NCBI GenBank assembly: GCA_973895155.1
Contig: OZ316891.1
Coordinates: 7,495,808 to 7,559,807 of the forward strand
From: Marsupella aquatica
Taxonomy: Eukaryota; Plantae; Marchantiophyta
DNA: 64,000 nt
Direction of reading: 5' to 3'
Part shown: positions 37,801 through 51,720 of the stretch, piece after piece
Position numbering within the stretch: position 1 is the stretch's first letter
Layout: every line of letters begins with the position of its first letter
Program-made: the position numbers and the translations under genes
The notes under the pieces: model-generated
Databases searched by the model: none
The model's input: only the letters and a program-made list of their open reading frames with translations
Told to the model about the DNA's origin: nothing

Positions 37801-39465
37801 AGAGTTCTTTGTTGTAAAATCGTCCGAAAACGTTGTGCCACCTGAATTTTTGACATGAAAAGTAATTCTCGCTATTTCATTCTGAAGAGGGCGATTGGGT
37901 GCTCCGACAAAATGTCTGATTAATTTGTCTTGCCTTGTCTCGGGTCAAACTTGATTTTGTGGATGTAGATTGTTGTGGTACCCTTTGTCTCCGGGCTTAT
38001 AATGATTTACTTGTTACAATTTCGAAATTGGGGCCAATCTTCGTCTGGACACGAGTTGGGATCCGACTGACCTTCACTGTCCTCGCTGGACACAAGACGG
38101 ATCCAAGAGAATGATGACCAGGATTGTCATGGAGTTTGACGACCCGTTCTGCTGGTCCAAAACCTACTGTTCTTGCCACCCACACCTATGGTCCAAAGTT
38201 TAGAGCATATGTCCGTTGTGGAGAAGCTCTCGCACAATCAAGTGGCAGCCGGTTCTTTCCAACTCCAAGAGCTACTTTAAGCAGACCTGTCAAGCCGTCC
38301 TGATTATCCAAAAGTTATATGATAGTTCGTGTTCATTCTTAGTCAAGTAACTCAGCTTACATGCTTGCCAACTCTGACTCATGGCCTCGTGGACTCGCTG
38401 GATTATCCACGAAGACAACGCTGGACCAAATAGCTTGCTTGCATCTCGACGAGTAAAAATGTACAGATTGATTTCGCCTGAATTTTCAGGGCCGAACAAC
38501 CAGGTGTGCAAACTAGGATATTGATGAACGGACACTAGCACGGGACCAGAATTGAATGAGAAGAATGAGGGTGTGCATTATTCGAAATTGTGAGGCACAT
38601 CAGAAATGCAAACTGACGAGAGCTGACTGGAGTCTCAGCAAAGGGCTAAATTGCAACAATTAACAATGTGGAACGACAAGAAGTATGAAGCTTGGTAGTT
38701 CCTCGATCAGAAAAGGATACAACGTATTGATTGCTCAATCAGAACAAAGATTTCAACTAGTCAATTGTTGACAACAGAAAGTGGACTGCAGGTTATAAAT
38801 AGCGATCCAAAATCTAACCGTGGGTATTGACTAAAGAGTCGTTTTGGCCCAACACACGAGAACTGTGCACAATCCAGAATTTGACGAGTGTGTGAAATCT
38901 GAAACTCTCATCAAGTATGATGCAAAGTTCGCCTCGGTGAAGTCCACTGTGACTCCAGAAAAGTGACATTGGCTCTCTGCAGGTACTCGAAAACCACGAG
39001 GCAATGACTAATCTGCACTATCTCTACAAAACTTCTGCCAAATGGATGTCCTAAGCCATACCTTTGAAGTAAGTACCGACTAGAAATGCCCATCTATATA
39101 TAGATAAACGTAATGAAACTCGTATTGCCAAAAACTCGCCCTCCATCAACTCTGCACGGGCATTGGTATGCCCTTCAAATAGGCGTTCTTAGCATGCCCA
39201 TGTCAGGAGTTTCTTCCATTATAGCTGCCCCCATATACATGTGGTAACGTAGTTGTAATGTTACCATGATCCATTTCTGAAACATCCTACAACAGTCCGT
39301 TGCTTTATCCATGAGGCCGCTTCTTTAATGAACCAACCAACTGGTTGACGAGAGGACTGCTTCAGCAGTTGGAATACGCATATCAAGAGGAGACATCAAG
39401 GTTAAACTCGCTGAACGTACAGGTTTGAAGTGGTCGGTAAATTGGAAATAATTGTACAAGAAGTT

Positions 39466-42400
39466 CTACATCTTGATATGATAATAGTCTGCATCAAAGT
39501 GATGCACTCGAACATAACCATCCTCTCCGCCACTTGAAAAACTGCAGGAACGTCCAAATCATATCCCATTAATTATTGACTGTGGTGGTTGTTCGAAACG
39601 TACTTCAAGCAGATGACATAGGATAAAGGTAAATAATTTGAAAATCCAGGCTTGATCACTGGCAAAACTACATCCCATGCGAGGTGGCCAGTCAAAACCC
39701 AATGGCGCATTTACCTTCTTCCGTCAGTGTTGAAGGCAAGAGCATTGATGGGCCCAAAATGCCCCTTAACACCACCGATTTCTTCTTCGTAGATCTGTGC
39801 AGCAACCATGAGCAACCATGACTCAAGGAAGTTGATTAGCACAATTCCCAAGGCCCTCCAAGAAAAATATATTAATTATGTGCAAGACCCCATCATGTGC
39901 AAGTCCCTTTAAACTGTCAGAATGTCTTCCGAAATAACTCCAGTTTACATTCTAGTGACGCCACAAGCTTAGGAGTTTGCTATCACCACAAGGAGGGCAA
40001 CGGAATTTGTCCCAAAGCATAGAAAATTGAAACTTGGCGCCATGGACAGAACGACCACGTCTGGGACTGGTCAAAGCATTGGGCTACATGGGTTAAGCAT
40101 GATAACTTGATCAAGGTTAAAGTCGAAGACATGCAATGTCCCAAACAACGTTGTCCATCTCAAGCACGGACCAACTCTTCTTACCTTATGAAAGAATTTG
40201 GCTTCAAACTTTCCTGCTCGTCGATCACTCATTGTCACCTGGGAGGCATCTTGTCCTCCTCCGATCACCACCTGTGAAACATTAAGGAACTGTCATCCCT
40301 TCATGGTCCAAAATACTAGGTTTAAGCCTTGTCAACGACATTCCTCCGGGCAGACTTAGAAATAATATTGGAGAATGGAAACGAAAATCTGCCCACCGAA
40401 GAGCAGGTGCCACTAGATATATGACAGAAATATCTTGAGGTACTGTCATCAGAACGACCGATAAAAGCATTTTTTTAAATGAGTACCAAGCACAAAAGCG
40501 ACCTCTTCAGCTTAACGAGCAGATGATAAGAAGGCCCACCAAAGACCACACTTCTCATCCCTTAAAAGGAGTTGAGGTTCAACTTGTTATGAAAATCAGA
40601 TAAGCTTACATGATCGAGTAAGGGAGAAATGGCTGCTGCATTGACCGGCCGTTCAGTGCTGTAGGTTTTCAATACTTGAAGAGTGCGAATATCCCAGAGC
40701 TGCAAGTCCAAGACAGAATTTAATGCTGAATGTCGAGAACCATCGTGAGCACAGTAAGCCCTGATCAAGATCAGAATACTCCCAAAAGTATTAGTTCAAC
40801 GGGACGAAGTCTCTCTCAAATGAAGGCTGTTCATTCAAGAACCTTACCTTTGCTGACTTATCATGGGAACCAGTAATAAAATGTGAACCGTCGGCCGATA
40901 CAGCCAAAGAGGACACAACCTTCTGATGGCCAGTATCAGGGTCGCTTTCTTTGATCAACTTCCCTGACTGCGAATCCAATTGGGGAACGGATGTCAAAAC
41001 AAAACCTACCATTGACTGATGAAAGGAATCTAGTAATACTCAACGCAGAAAATCCAACTCTTTGCTTGCTGTATCTCTTCCTTGGTGACCTACGGAGATG
41101 GAATGATCCAACGCTTTCAGACAAACACTAAGAAAATGGAGCGGAAGTCAAATATCTGAGGAAAAATAGCATATGACGCAGGAAACTGGAATGAAAGGAC
41201 AACTTACAACTGGGTTCCAAAAGTTTCAAAATTCTAAAGTCAATCAGATTTATAACAGAAGCAAGAGATCAAACATGCAAAATTTCCTTTCCTAATTACG
41301 AAACCCAACCCCTCCATCTATCCAGAAAGGGGCATTCAAGATACCTCCGCGTCCCACATGCGCACAATAGTATCTTCTCCAGCACTGATAATTGTCCTGT
41401 TCAGTGGTCCCCATACAGCTCTGTTGATCCTTCCTTGTGGACCCTTGATCACCACAAGGGAGTCACTGCTTTCTGAACAACGTGAGCCACGATATGAGAA
41501 ATACAATCAGATTTGACACATCAGAGTTCTCTGCATAATTTTCAAAGGTTGAAGTAAGACGGACCTCTGCAAGAAATAACTGACCCACCATATGACCGCG
41601 TCCGATAATAGAAACGAGATGAACGTCAGAGAAAGGTAGAAGCGAAATCAGCCCGGTGATATGAAAACTTACGCTTGGAATGATCTTTCTCGATTCGCTT
41701 CACATGTATTTCAGAAGGTGTCCCAATGAAAGGATCTGTGGTGATGACGGCAAGTTTATCGCCCTCTGCAAAATCAACTGCTCTGGCTGGAGACTCGAAG
41801 GGAAAGTTGTGAAGCTGTGTTCCAGTCTCCACGTCCCACAGCTTCACAGACTGATCGGCTGAACCTGTGATCAACCGTTCCGTGTGCCCTGCTCGCCAGA
41901 CAACCGAAATTCTTATAGGAACCAGCTGGATAGCAACCGCAAGACTATCTTCACAATGAGACAGAGATGGGTGTAATTGAATAATGCATGCCCACCCTAA
42001 ATCGTACTTTTAACGGATACTCTCCGTCCAGCCAAAAACATAAACAAATCACCGAGATTAGCGATCAAAGTGGTTTGGGGATATCGAGTTCTAGAACGAA
42101 ACATGCATGTGAGTAAGGTTGCAGAATCTAGGGTTTGTTCATGTCCTTTTTCTCGTTGAAGATTACAGTCGAGTCATTTTGTCATTTGCCGAGTCTGCAC
42201 GAGAGGTACGGTGACCATAATGATGCCCATGAGTCCGGTTGGAGAATTTAGGGTTTTCATGTCCGTTTCTCGTTGGAAATAAGAATCACTCATTTTGTCA
42301 ATCCAGAGTTGAGTGGTACAGTGAATATCAAGAGCTCCAAAATCTTCGTGGAACAGGTTTCAACTTTGTATCAAACAAGTTTTGGGGGATCATAATAAGA

Positions 42401-42781
42401 CTTGTCCTCCCTTTTATGAAACACACTGTCATACTTGAAACTCCAAGAGCACATCCGAATGCACAAAAAAAAAGTATCGACAGTAAGTTGTCGTCGGGAG
42501 CAGAGAATCAAACATATACTCGCGAACCTCATACAGAGGCGTCAGAGGCAATCGATGTACAAAGCAACGGAGCGAAGGTGGGAAAGAGAGAACGTACTAG
42601 ACACATCACAGCACCAGACGGCGCCGTTGTGCCCTCGGTAGGTGCCCAAGCGCTCGCCATTGTGCGCATACCACACCGTTGGGTTGTGATCCTTGGCGCA
42701 CGAGAACAGAAGATCGCCATCCCTGTTATACTTCAGAAATGTGAGGGGCCTCTCGTGACCTTTGAGCAGAATCGGCCTCAT
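39466..42781 (-). CDS. TIF3I1: Eukaryotic translation initiation factor 3 subunit I (TRIP-1, WD40)
   Basis: [31 protein letters not shown]...; [18 protein letters not shown]; GGQDASQVT...AGKFEAKFF; [18 protein letters not shown]; [23 protein letters not shown]. Confidence 0.97.
42129..42256 (-). promoter_or_regulatory. Two telo-boxes (AAACCCTA) in eIF3i intron 1
   Basis: tagggttt at 42129-42136 and 42249-42256. Telo-boxes are characteristic of plant translation-machinery genes. Confidence 0.45.
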
Positions 42782-42917
42782 AGCTCCCGACCTTCGATGT
42801 ATTCCGTGGCCTGAGTCAATCAACCGTTTTTTTTCGTTCCGCGCGACAGAATTGTGCAGAAGCTCGAAGTTTTCAGAATCAGATTTCACACAACTTTGGG
42901 AAATCTCTACACTGAGT

Positions 42918-43345
42918 CATAACCTTGGTCCAAAAGCTCGTTGGACAAAGTATAGTCTACCGTGGATAAGTGCAGTGTGTATAACTACACACTGCATTCA
43001 GTGGGTATAATAACTACACACTGCATTCAGTGGGTTGGACAAAGTATAGTCCTAACCTTGGTCCAAATGCTTTTTGGACAAAGTATAGTCTACCGTGGAT
43101 AAGTGCAGTGTGTATAGCTATACACTGCATTCAGTGGGTAAGTGCAAGGTGGTGGTGTATTCCCTCAATAATATGGTAAATTTCTTTTTAAATGCACCCC
43201 AAATTAAATGCACTAACTTTTAGCGTAGGTTGCCCATCACTTGGGTAAGTGCAAGGTGGTGGTGTAGTCCCTCAACAATACGGCAAATTTCTTTTTAAAT
43301 GCACCCAAAACTGCACTATCTTTTAGTGTAGGTTGCCCATCACTA
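42918..43345. repeat. Two adjacent direct duplications upstream of eIF3i
   Basis: aaccttggtccaaa...tgcagtgtgtata.cta.acactgcattcagtgggta occurs twice, followed by gggtaagtgcaaggtggtggtgta...ggttgcccatcact twice. Confidence 0.85.
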
Positions 43346-43347
43346 AA

Positions 43348-43390
43348 CCAGGCCCATGACCAAAGAGGTTTGGTCACAAAAGCTGAGCTG
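43348..43390 (-). mobile_element. Helitron-like 3' terminus
   Basis: Hairpin TGACCAAA-N4-TTTGGTCA followed by CTGG|T on the minus strand. The same terminus occurs at 61616-61647. Confidence 0.5.
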
Positions 43391-44174
43391 TTACAAATGC
43401 CCTCACTTTAGTATTGTGCACTGTATTTTGCAGAATCATATACTGAGAAAAAAGATTAGGAGGCATTTTGGGCCCTCACCACACAGTTGAACTTTCAATT
43501 CAGCCAAAACACAAATAAGTAAGAGCATTTTTCTCTATAAGAATACTCGTAAGAGTACAAATGCATTAATCAATTAGTGCAAAACATATGTTAGAAACAT
43601 TTATCAATAAATGGACAACTACACATTGTAGATTCATGCACTATGAGTATTTTGGGTATGAGAATACAAATGTCAGGTTATGTGTTTTGATGCCCAATGC
43701 ATATGTGTTGCACAAGTGTTGTTGGTGTGGCAATACCTATATCACAGGCACAAAATGTCAAGGTCAGATAAAAAAAATGAGGTGAGAATTGTTGTTGTGA
43801 CCAAGCAATTGCTACTGCAACAATACCCAATTAGGCGTTGCATAGAAATGCTGAGGCAAAGCAAAGAAACCTGAGTGAGACAAGGTCCAAGTGTTATTGT
43901 TTTGATTGTGTCATATGTGCAGTGTGAGTACAAAAATTTGGTCATTTTTGGGTGGGCGATTGTTGTTGCAAAAACTTTATCATTGTGGTAAGTGTTGTAG
44001 TTGTAAAAATGTTGTTGTTGGGGAGGGCATAGGGACGCAATACATGGGAAGGTGGCTGTATTGCCAGAAAATCCACGCACAATCTTGAAATAGGAGAGAA
44101 ATTTTCCAATGTTCTCTCAACCAGGCTCTTTAAGGGCTCATGGAACAATGCTATCTCCTTTGTAGATCAATGAA

Positions 44175-45135
44175 TAAAAGTGAGAAAGTGAGATGGGGAC
44201 TGAGGCACCCTAAACCCTACTCATGCTATACTACTACTATGGTTCTTTGCCGATTGAGAAAGACTTGTCTTGTCCAAAGCTGGAATTCTCTGGAAGTTTT
44301 GATCCCACTTTATTGGTAAGATGCCCATTGAGGAAGGCTTGTTTCTCACAAGCAGGAATTCTTTCAAATGACGATTTCCATATGTTTGGGTCAATTGTTG
44401 TGAATTGAAGTAGCAAACGGCTCAGATCTTTCCCAAGATTCTTGGAGACTAAACGAGGGTGGACTTATGAATGACAGTGAGGGCGGGGGTGGGGTGAGGT
44501 GCCCTAATCCTACTCATACTGGACTACCCTAGTATGCAGAAAGGCTCCTTCATCCCAACCGGGAATTTTCTCATTGAAAATTTCCACATGTTTGGATCAA
44601 TTGTTGTGAATCAAAGTACTCAAACAAATGGCTCCGATCTTTCCCATGATTCCTGGAGACTATAGGGCTAACCTCTTTGAGGCTCTTTAAGGGTATACTT
44701 CTGAATCAAAGTGAGGGCGGGTGAGTGAGGTGCCCCAATCGTACTTATGCTTCACTACCCTAGTATGCCCATTGGGAAAAGCTCCTTTATCCCAACCTGG
44801 AATTTTGAAATTTCCACATGTTTGGGTCATTTGTTGTGAATCATAGTACACAAACAAACAGCTCAGATCATTCCCATGATTCTTGGAGACTATAGGGCTT
44901 GTCTCAATTGAAAATTTCCATATTCAAAGGAACACATGTTTGGGTCAATTGTTGTTAATCAAAGTGCGCAAACGGCTCAGATCTTTCCCAAGATTCTTGG
45001 AGACTTATTAACCACTGACCTCTTTGAGGGCGGATGGAACACTGCCCTTATTTCCTTCAAGGATTTATGAACAAAAGTGAGAAAGGGGGGTGGGGGAGGG
45101 GGAAGGCGCCCTAAACCCTACTCGTGCTGCACTAC
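44175..45135. repeat. Degenerate tandem array (~230-380-bp units) with G-tracts and ccctaaacccta, upstream of TIM13
   Basis: agtgag...gg.gccctaa.cctactc recurs near 44208, 44502, 44733 and 45109. tttccacatgtttgggtcaattgttgtgaat and ggctcagatctttccc recur four times. Confidence 0.8.
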
Positions 45136-45352
45136 ACTGAATGTACTTGTCAAACTCCTGCGCTTCGCTCTGCCATAGCCTCATTCGCGTGGGGCAAAGA
45201 CTCGAGACCATCTGAGCGTTTCTCGCGATTGGGGAAGAAACGCGTCAGGTGGCAGCCCAAGGTCCGTGTGGAATTCTTACTATCGAGAAGTGAGTCAGAG
45301 AAACGAAAATTGCGGCTCAATTGGACTCTGATCCGAGGGAACGAGTATTATA

Positions 45353-46463
45353 ATGGACCCGTTTGCGTCTCCTTCCTCGTCGCTGCCGGGATCTCAACCT
45401 TCAAATGAGCAAGTGATGGATCAGCTGAAGCAGCAACTTGCACAAGCCTACGCAGAGGATTTCTTCACGGTATGCATCATTTCTTTCAGTTTTTCTACTT
45501 TTTCCTTTTTTGCCCTTTCCCATTTAGGAGGGCTCCTACATCACCGGGTGGAGAATGTCTGTGTTTTCGACTTGTAAGAAACGATCTTTTCTTGTCGTAT
45601 GAACTTTTTACCATGGGCAGTCTTAGCATATTCGACACTATCACAGAGTTGGGTGGATGGTCCTTTTTCTTTTTTCTTTTTTCTTGCATCTTCTTCTACC
45701 TTTTCCCAGCGCCTACTTTCCTAGAATATCTCAACTTGTGAGAGCAATTGGGTGAGATTCATTGTGAGTCACCAACTCCTCCAGATCAGAGCAAGCAACA
45801 TATAAGCTTGTAGGGTTTCGACAAGGATGCTGGAGATTGAGTATTCTTCCTGTGGCCAGCGTTGATACGGAATTTGAAAGCCTGATAGACTTCACCCTGT
45901 GCTGCGTGTCACCTAAAGTCTCTGCTGGCCTAGGTCGCTTTTCTGTCTGAAGTTTGGAGGATCGCACAGCTGATGAGTCAAAATGAAGCCAACAGATGCT
46001 AAGCTGATTAGGTCCACAAGGTTCCTTTGCGTCGATTGCGTAAAACGGAGGTTTATCTTTTATCATCCGTCTTTGCTCTGACTATGTCTTGGTGTCTAGC
46101 TTTTACCTGACCGAGCTTTAATATGGGCCTGACGGTCATTCTCTGAATAGTTTTTACTTGGGCTTGCAATTGTGAAAACTCTGAGCTTCAACTGTCTTCT
46201 GTCAATGGTTGATGCTTTAATGCAGTGTGCTGTTCAGTGTGGCTTCGCTTATTATTGCAGTGAGTTCCTTCTATTTTGTCTGATTTTAATGTCAATGTTT
46301 TTGGGTGCAGACTGTGAGAGACAAGTGTTTCGCCAAATGCGTTACCAAACCTAGCACTAGTCTAAGTGGGAGTGAAAGTAGTTGTGTGTCCAGATGTGTA
46401 GAGCGTTACATCGAGGCCACGGGTATTGTCAGCCGTGCTATCTTTACAGCCCTCCCACGGTAG
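45353..46463 (+). CDS. TIM13: Mitochondrial import inner membrane translocase subunit Tim13 (2 exons)
   Basis: Exon 1 45353-45469 (..MDQLKQQLAQAYAEDFFT) and exon 2 46311-46463 (TVRDKCFAKCVTKPSTSLSGSESSCVSRCVERYIEATGIVSRAIF) give a twin CX3C motif. Confidence 0.95.
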
Positions 46464-47175
46464 AACTGCAAAATATGATTCAAAGTACATTTTCTTTTTG
46501 TAGTTTGCTGCGGTTGAGATGCAGAGCTTAATTGGTTACGACTGAAATTGATGGCTAGGGAATGATCCGAAATTTTGTAGTTGAGGATGGTAAGATTTTG
46601 TAGTTAATTCCCTTGTTTGGGGTGGATGGTAGACCTGTCACATGTTTGCCCATAAAGTGAACATGTTCGAGTTCAAATGTCTTGTTTCACTGTCAATGAA
46701 AGATGTGAGAATTGTGACGAGTTTAATTTCTTCAGGTAGATTAAGGTACATCTAATTCTGACTAGGTATTTACAAAACCATTCTTCCTTTCATGTCCTGC
46801 AAACCTATTGGCGTATGCTGGGTGGGCGTTCCAGCTTTTGTTGGCCAACGTACAGGAAACAGTTTAAGTTTGCCGACATCTACTATTCCCTCATCACTCA
46901 TTCGGCTCTAGATGTGGAGGTCCGGTCAAAGTCCAAGTTTAGGGATTTCCTTGTACAAGTGAGGATGAAGTGAAACAATTGGGAAAAAGGTATGAGCAGC
47001 TTGAAACGCTGTTTCTGCCGGAATTTCATAGGGAACTTTTTCCTCGTAAGTACCTACTTGAAGTCTCAATGTAATAGAACATCCCCTCATTCTGCGGAAC
47101 TGGTTCAAAATATTATGGGAAAATAAGACTATTGAGTTTAGAGAACTAAAGGACCAAATCGTCTCACTTGAAGCA

Positions 47176-49567
47176 ATGGAGAAGGTCTCAGGACTACGCG
47201 AGCTGATATGGATAGCATCAGTTTCTACCTGCATCAAGCTTCTCATGACCCCTGCCTACCACAGCACTGATTTTGAAGTGCACCGACATTGGTTGGCCAT
47301 CACTCACAGCCTCCCGGTCAAGGAATGGTACCTGGATGTGACCAGCGAATGGACTCTAGATTATCCCCCATTCTTCCCCTGGTTTGAGAAATTCCTCGCA
47401 TATTTTGCCAACCTGATGGATCCTAAGATAGTGAATTTGGCTGATGGCCTCAACTATGCCAGTGACGAGGTGGTGCTGTTTCAGCGAGCAACTGTGATGC
47501 TGGCAGATGGTGTACTCTACTGCGGTCTGTGGAAATTCTGCAAGAATCTCTCAATTCGAAGGCAGAGGATCATATATGCTGGCATTATGCTATCGCCTGG
47601 ACTCTTCATTGTAGACCACATTCACTTCCAGTACAACGGGTTTCTACTGGGAATTCTTCTACTGTCTCTTGCCTGCTTGAAAAATGGAGAGGACTTGCAG
47701 GGAGGCATTTGGTTTGCTGTCCTAGTTTGCTTCAAGCATTTATTTGCTGTTGCGGGACCCATCTACTTCGTATACTTGTTGCGCCATTATTGCAGAGGAT
47801 CCTCAGGGGTGTCCAACTTCGTGGAGCTGGGTTTTGCTGTTTTGTCAGTTGTTGGAGTGGCATTTGGACCCTTCGTTTACTATGGCCAGGTTCTTTTCCC
47901 CCTCTCTCACTGCCTCCCACGACCACGCAATCTATACACTCTTACTGGCTTTTGTCTTTTCATACCAGGATAGAAGGGAAGGAAATTGTCCACGACTCAT
48001 TCTTTGTGACCTTGCAACGTCAGGAACGGAGGGGTTCTTTTGCAACCAGACACTAATACTGTGACTGAAATTTGAGTGGAGCAAGTGTACCTCTTTGTCT
48101 GATTTTCTTCTTGCTTGCTGTGAGCTCAATAGATGGAACAAGTTTTGAAGCGCATGTTCCCTTTTGGACGAGGATTATGTCATGCATATTGGGCCCCAAA
48201 TGTATGGGCACTATACAACACTGCGGACAAAGTCTTAGCAATGCTTTTGGGGAAACTCGGTATGGATATTCACATTCCAAAGGCTGGCCTAACTGGGGGA
48301 CTTGTTGGCGATTCGTCTGAATACGCAGTTCTCCCGCAGGTTTGTGAGGGACTAATCTTGTTTGAATTTGTTTTGTTTTGTTTTCTCTTCCTGCGCAAAT
48401 CGGTCTTTCACCATCATTTCTCGAGTTAACGTTGGCAAAATTGGGTGTTCTTTGTTTTACTTGTTTGATACATTAGTCACAGACTGATCATGATTTCATC
48501 AGAGAAATCTTTTGTGCTAATTTCGCAATGTATGCGATATGCGACGCTGCTCCGTACTCATGGGAGCAATTTTGGACCTCTGCTAGATCACACCATCAAT
48601 AACAGCGGGGCTTGTGCTCTTGGCATTGATACCATGCTTAATACAAATATGGAGGAAACCAAGGCAATCACATGTCGTCCATTGGATTGTGTATGCTTAC
48701 ACTTCTGGTTACATGCTTGGGTGGCATGTGCATGAGAAAGCCGCCCTTCACTTTCTGATTCCGATGAGCTTAATATCCTTGGAGAGCTCAGAGGCATCGA
48801 CAGACTTCCTCTTTCTATCGACAGGTCAGAACAGCCTAACTTTGGAGGATTTCCTCTTTAAAGAAATTGGTTTCAATTGATTTGTGACATCCTAATGAAC
48901 TTAAGAATCTACTAGATTGCCATATTTTCTGCAAAAATTTTGGGTAAAGAGTTCAGCATTTATAGATTACTTGGTATGAATGCTCCATCAATGGGAATAT
49001 CACGTTTATTTCCTCTGGTGATGGATCATTTTGAGATAGTAATATCTTTTGTACATGTGGTGTTGTGAAGGATGCAATGTTTCTATCACTGATACGATGC
49101 TGATTAATCTCGTCTGGAATGCAGTGTCGTACTACTCTCTGTTCCCTCTTTTGTTTGAGACCAGAGAATATCCCATCAAAGTATTTCTGCTGTTGCTGTA
49201 CACTTGTGGTATGACGATTTATCATTTTCATTACTTCAAGATCCTGCCATTCCTCAGTGCAAGCGAAGTCCGGGAAGAAGGCTTGGCATTGCAACCTGGC
49301 ATGGGTGCCAAGGGAAACTTAAAAGTTCGAGGCGAGCCTCACACGAAAGACAGCACAATGAGCCAAAGGAGCGTTGTTGGGACTTTAAAGAGATTTTACA
49401 TATACGGCTTAGTTCTGGTTGAGATCTATAATCAATTTCTGCACACTTTCATATTCGGAGGTCGTTTTCCATTCCTTCCCTTACTGTCCATATCTGCTTA
49501 CTGTGCTTTAGGGCTTCTATATGCATGGGCAAAACAGCTGAGGATGTTGATGTTGCAGCTGAATTAA
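47176..49567 (+). CDS. ALG8: Dolichyl pyrophosphate Glc1Man9GlcNAc2 alpha-1,3-glucosyltransferase (4 exons)
   Basis: PAYHSTDFEVHRHWLAITHSLP, SEWTLDYPPFF, DHIHFQYNGFLLG, RMFPFGRGLCHAYWAPNVWALY, GWHVHEKA and YSLFPLLF motifs. Confidence 0.96.
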
Positions 49568-51499
49568 AAACAGAACTCACTGATCTATGCCAGAGATACT
49601 TGAGTTATTATTTGGATTTTGTGTGTTTTGGAAGTCGGGTGCTTTAGGATTTTGGGGGTTTAGGGTTTGGTTTAATGTCGTCCAGCCCAAGGCAGGTTTG
49701 TGACCGGCTCAGCAAACCTAGTTTGGTCTGCGTAGATTAGGATACATATAACCACTAAGAGCGTTCTCGTCAAGCCTATAAACCCGGTTTGACAGCGACC
49801 CTGTTTTGGGAGTCTTCTCTATGACTTTGGTCCTTGTGTAAAAACACTGGATGTCTCCAGACGACATTTCTCAATCTCTTCTGTTGATGAAGCCTGCGAA
49901 TTTTGAATTTACTCACATCAGTCTCTGGTTCATGAGGCGAATCTGGATGACATGGCCACCCGAAGCATGGATAAGTTAATTTTGCAACCGGAGTCTATGA
50001 GCGAAGTAGGTGCAACTCAGTCGACATGCGGAAGAACTGTACCTAGACATATAACTTATCTCCTATCAATTTTTAGGAAGAGTGCAGAAATGCTACGTTC
50101 GTTTGTCAACCAAAGAGTGTAACTGAATTCAGTCCCAGTAGAAGACATGAATGGAAGGAACCGTCTTCATACTCAGAAAATGAACCGCACCCATTGGGTT
50201 TAAGTTGGGCGGTAGTGCGAGTTGGGGTAGGGATTTAAGTACACATTTAACAAAATTATGTAAGTCATACACACTATTGATCACTGCACGATTATAAATG
50301 TTTGCTCTTATCATGTGGTGCAACCCCTTGTTTACTGCACACAAAATGCTTCTTCCAGAGAGGGTGCACTCATTGGGTAGACAGCTGTAGTCTCGTACCA
50401 TCAAACTATATTCGATACCATTTACCTCTCTGATTATTAACCAGGATGTCAGTGAGAAGAAGCGATCAGTCGACAGAGCTCTATAGTAGCAACGCAGTGA
50501 ATGCAAGGCATGAGACTGTTCAGAAATGAAGGACAATTGCACATTTAACAAAGATATGTAAACCATACACTCTCGTCAGTAAGTGCACATTTCTAGCATG
50601 TTTACACCTATCATGTAGTGCGAACCAAATGCTCCTTCCTGGGAGTGTGCACCTAGAGGGACGACTATATTTAAACATTTAAACACCATGTGTCTCCCTG
50701 ATTAACCAGACTGTTAGTGAGAAGAAGCGTTCAGCCGATAGAGCTATACAGTAGTAATGTGACAAATGTAAGGCAGTTGCCGTCAAACAAAATTTGCCGC
50801 TCCATCTGATTCCTTCCATTCGGATCTGTTCCAACTGTTGGTTTCATTTGGGCCTCATTTGGAAAAGTGTGATAGGGAGGATTACTGGAGTGGCTGTTTC
50901 ATCTTGTTCCTTATTTTGTATCCAATAATGAGCTTATTTTTTAACCCATGTGACCAACTTCATATTCCACACTTGCATGTCTGCCACCATCTATTATATA
51001 CGCTTGCGTCATCATGTGGTGAACAACGATCAACTGGATTTTGTGGCCCTGACCATCACTTCAAGAGGAAACTTGCACATTCAACAAAAGAGATGTAAAC
51101 CATAGAGCTTTACAGTAGTAATGCGACAACTGTAAGGCATTCGCTGACAAAGGAAACTTGCACATTCGAACAAAAGAGATGTAAACCACACAGCTTTATT
51201 GATAAGTGCACATTCATACAGATTTGCACTTTATCACGTAGTGCAAACCTTGTTTAGTGCACACCGATTGCTTCTTCACGGGAATGTGCACTTACACGAC
51301 TGTGCTCTCTTACAATCGAACATTCTTCATACAGATTTGCACTTATCACGTAGTGCAAACCTTGTTTAGTGCACACCGAATGCTTCTTCACGGGAGTGTG
51401 CACTTACATAGACGACTGTGCTCTCGTACAATCGAACATTCCTCGATACCTTGTTTCTCTCAGACTAACGAGACTTTCGAAGAGAAGAAGCGATCACTC

Positions 51500-51700
51500 T
51501 TTTGCAGCAACGCAACGAATGCAAGGCACGAGAAATCAATCAGTGGGTAGAAAGCGCAGCTCTGTCGCAGGAACGCAACGAATGAAATGCACGAGAAATC
51601 AATAGGTGGTTAGAAAGCACAGCAACGAATGAAAGGCACGAGAAACCAAATCAGTTGGTAGAAAGCACAGCTCTGCAAAAGTGACGCAACGAATGCAAGT
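51500..51700. repeat. Tandem repeat (~45-70 bp; gcaacgaatg.aaggcacgagaaa...tagaaagc.cagc) x3-4 upstream of OGG1
   Basis: Copies are visible directly. Confidence 0.75.
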
Positions 51701-51720
51701 CGTGGAGGAGGGGCGGGGCG

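Noticed and set aside
38105-38310. C/D box snoRNA (ATGATGA at ~38110)
   Set aside because: No suitably placed D box with a terminal stem, and no recognisable rRNA guide.
42239-42814. 191-aa plus-strand ORF
   Set aside because: Antisense to eIF3i exon 1 and intron 1, non-ATG start, no motifs.
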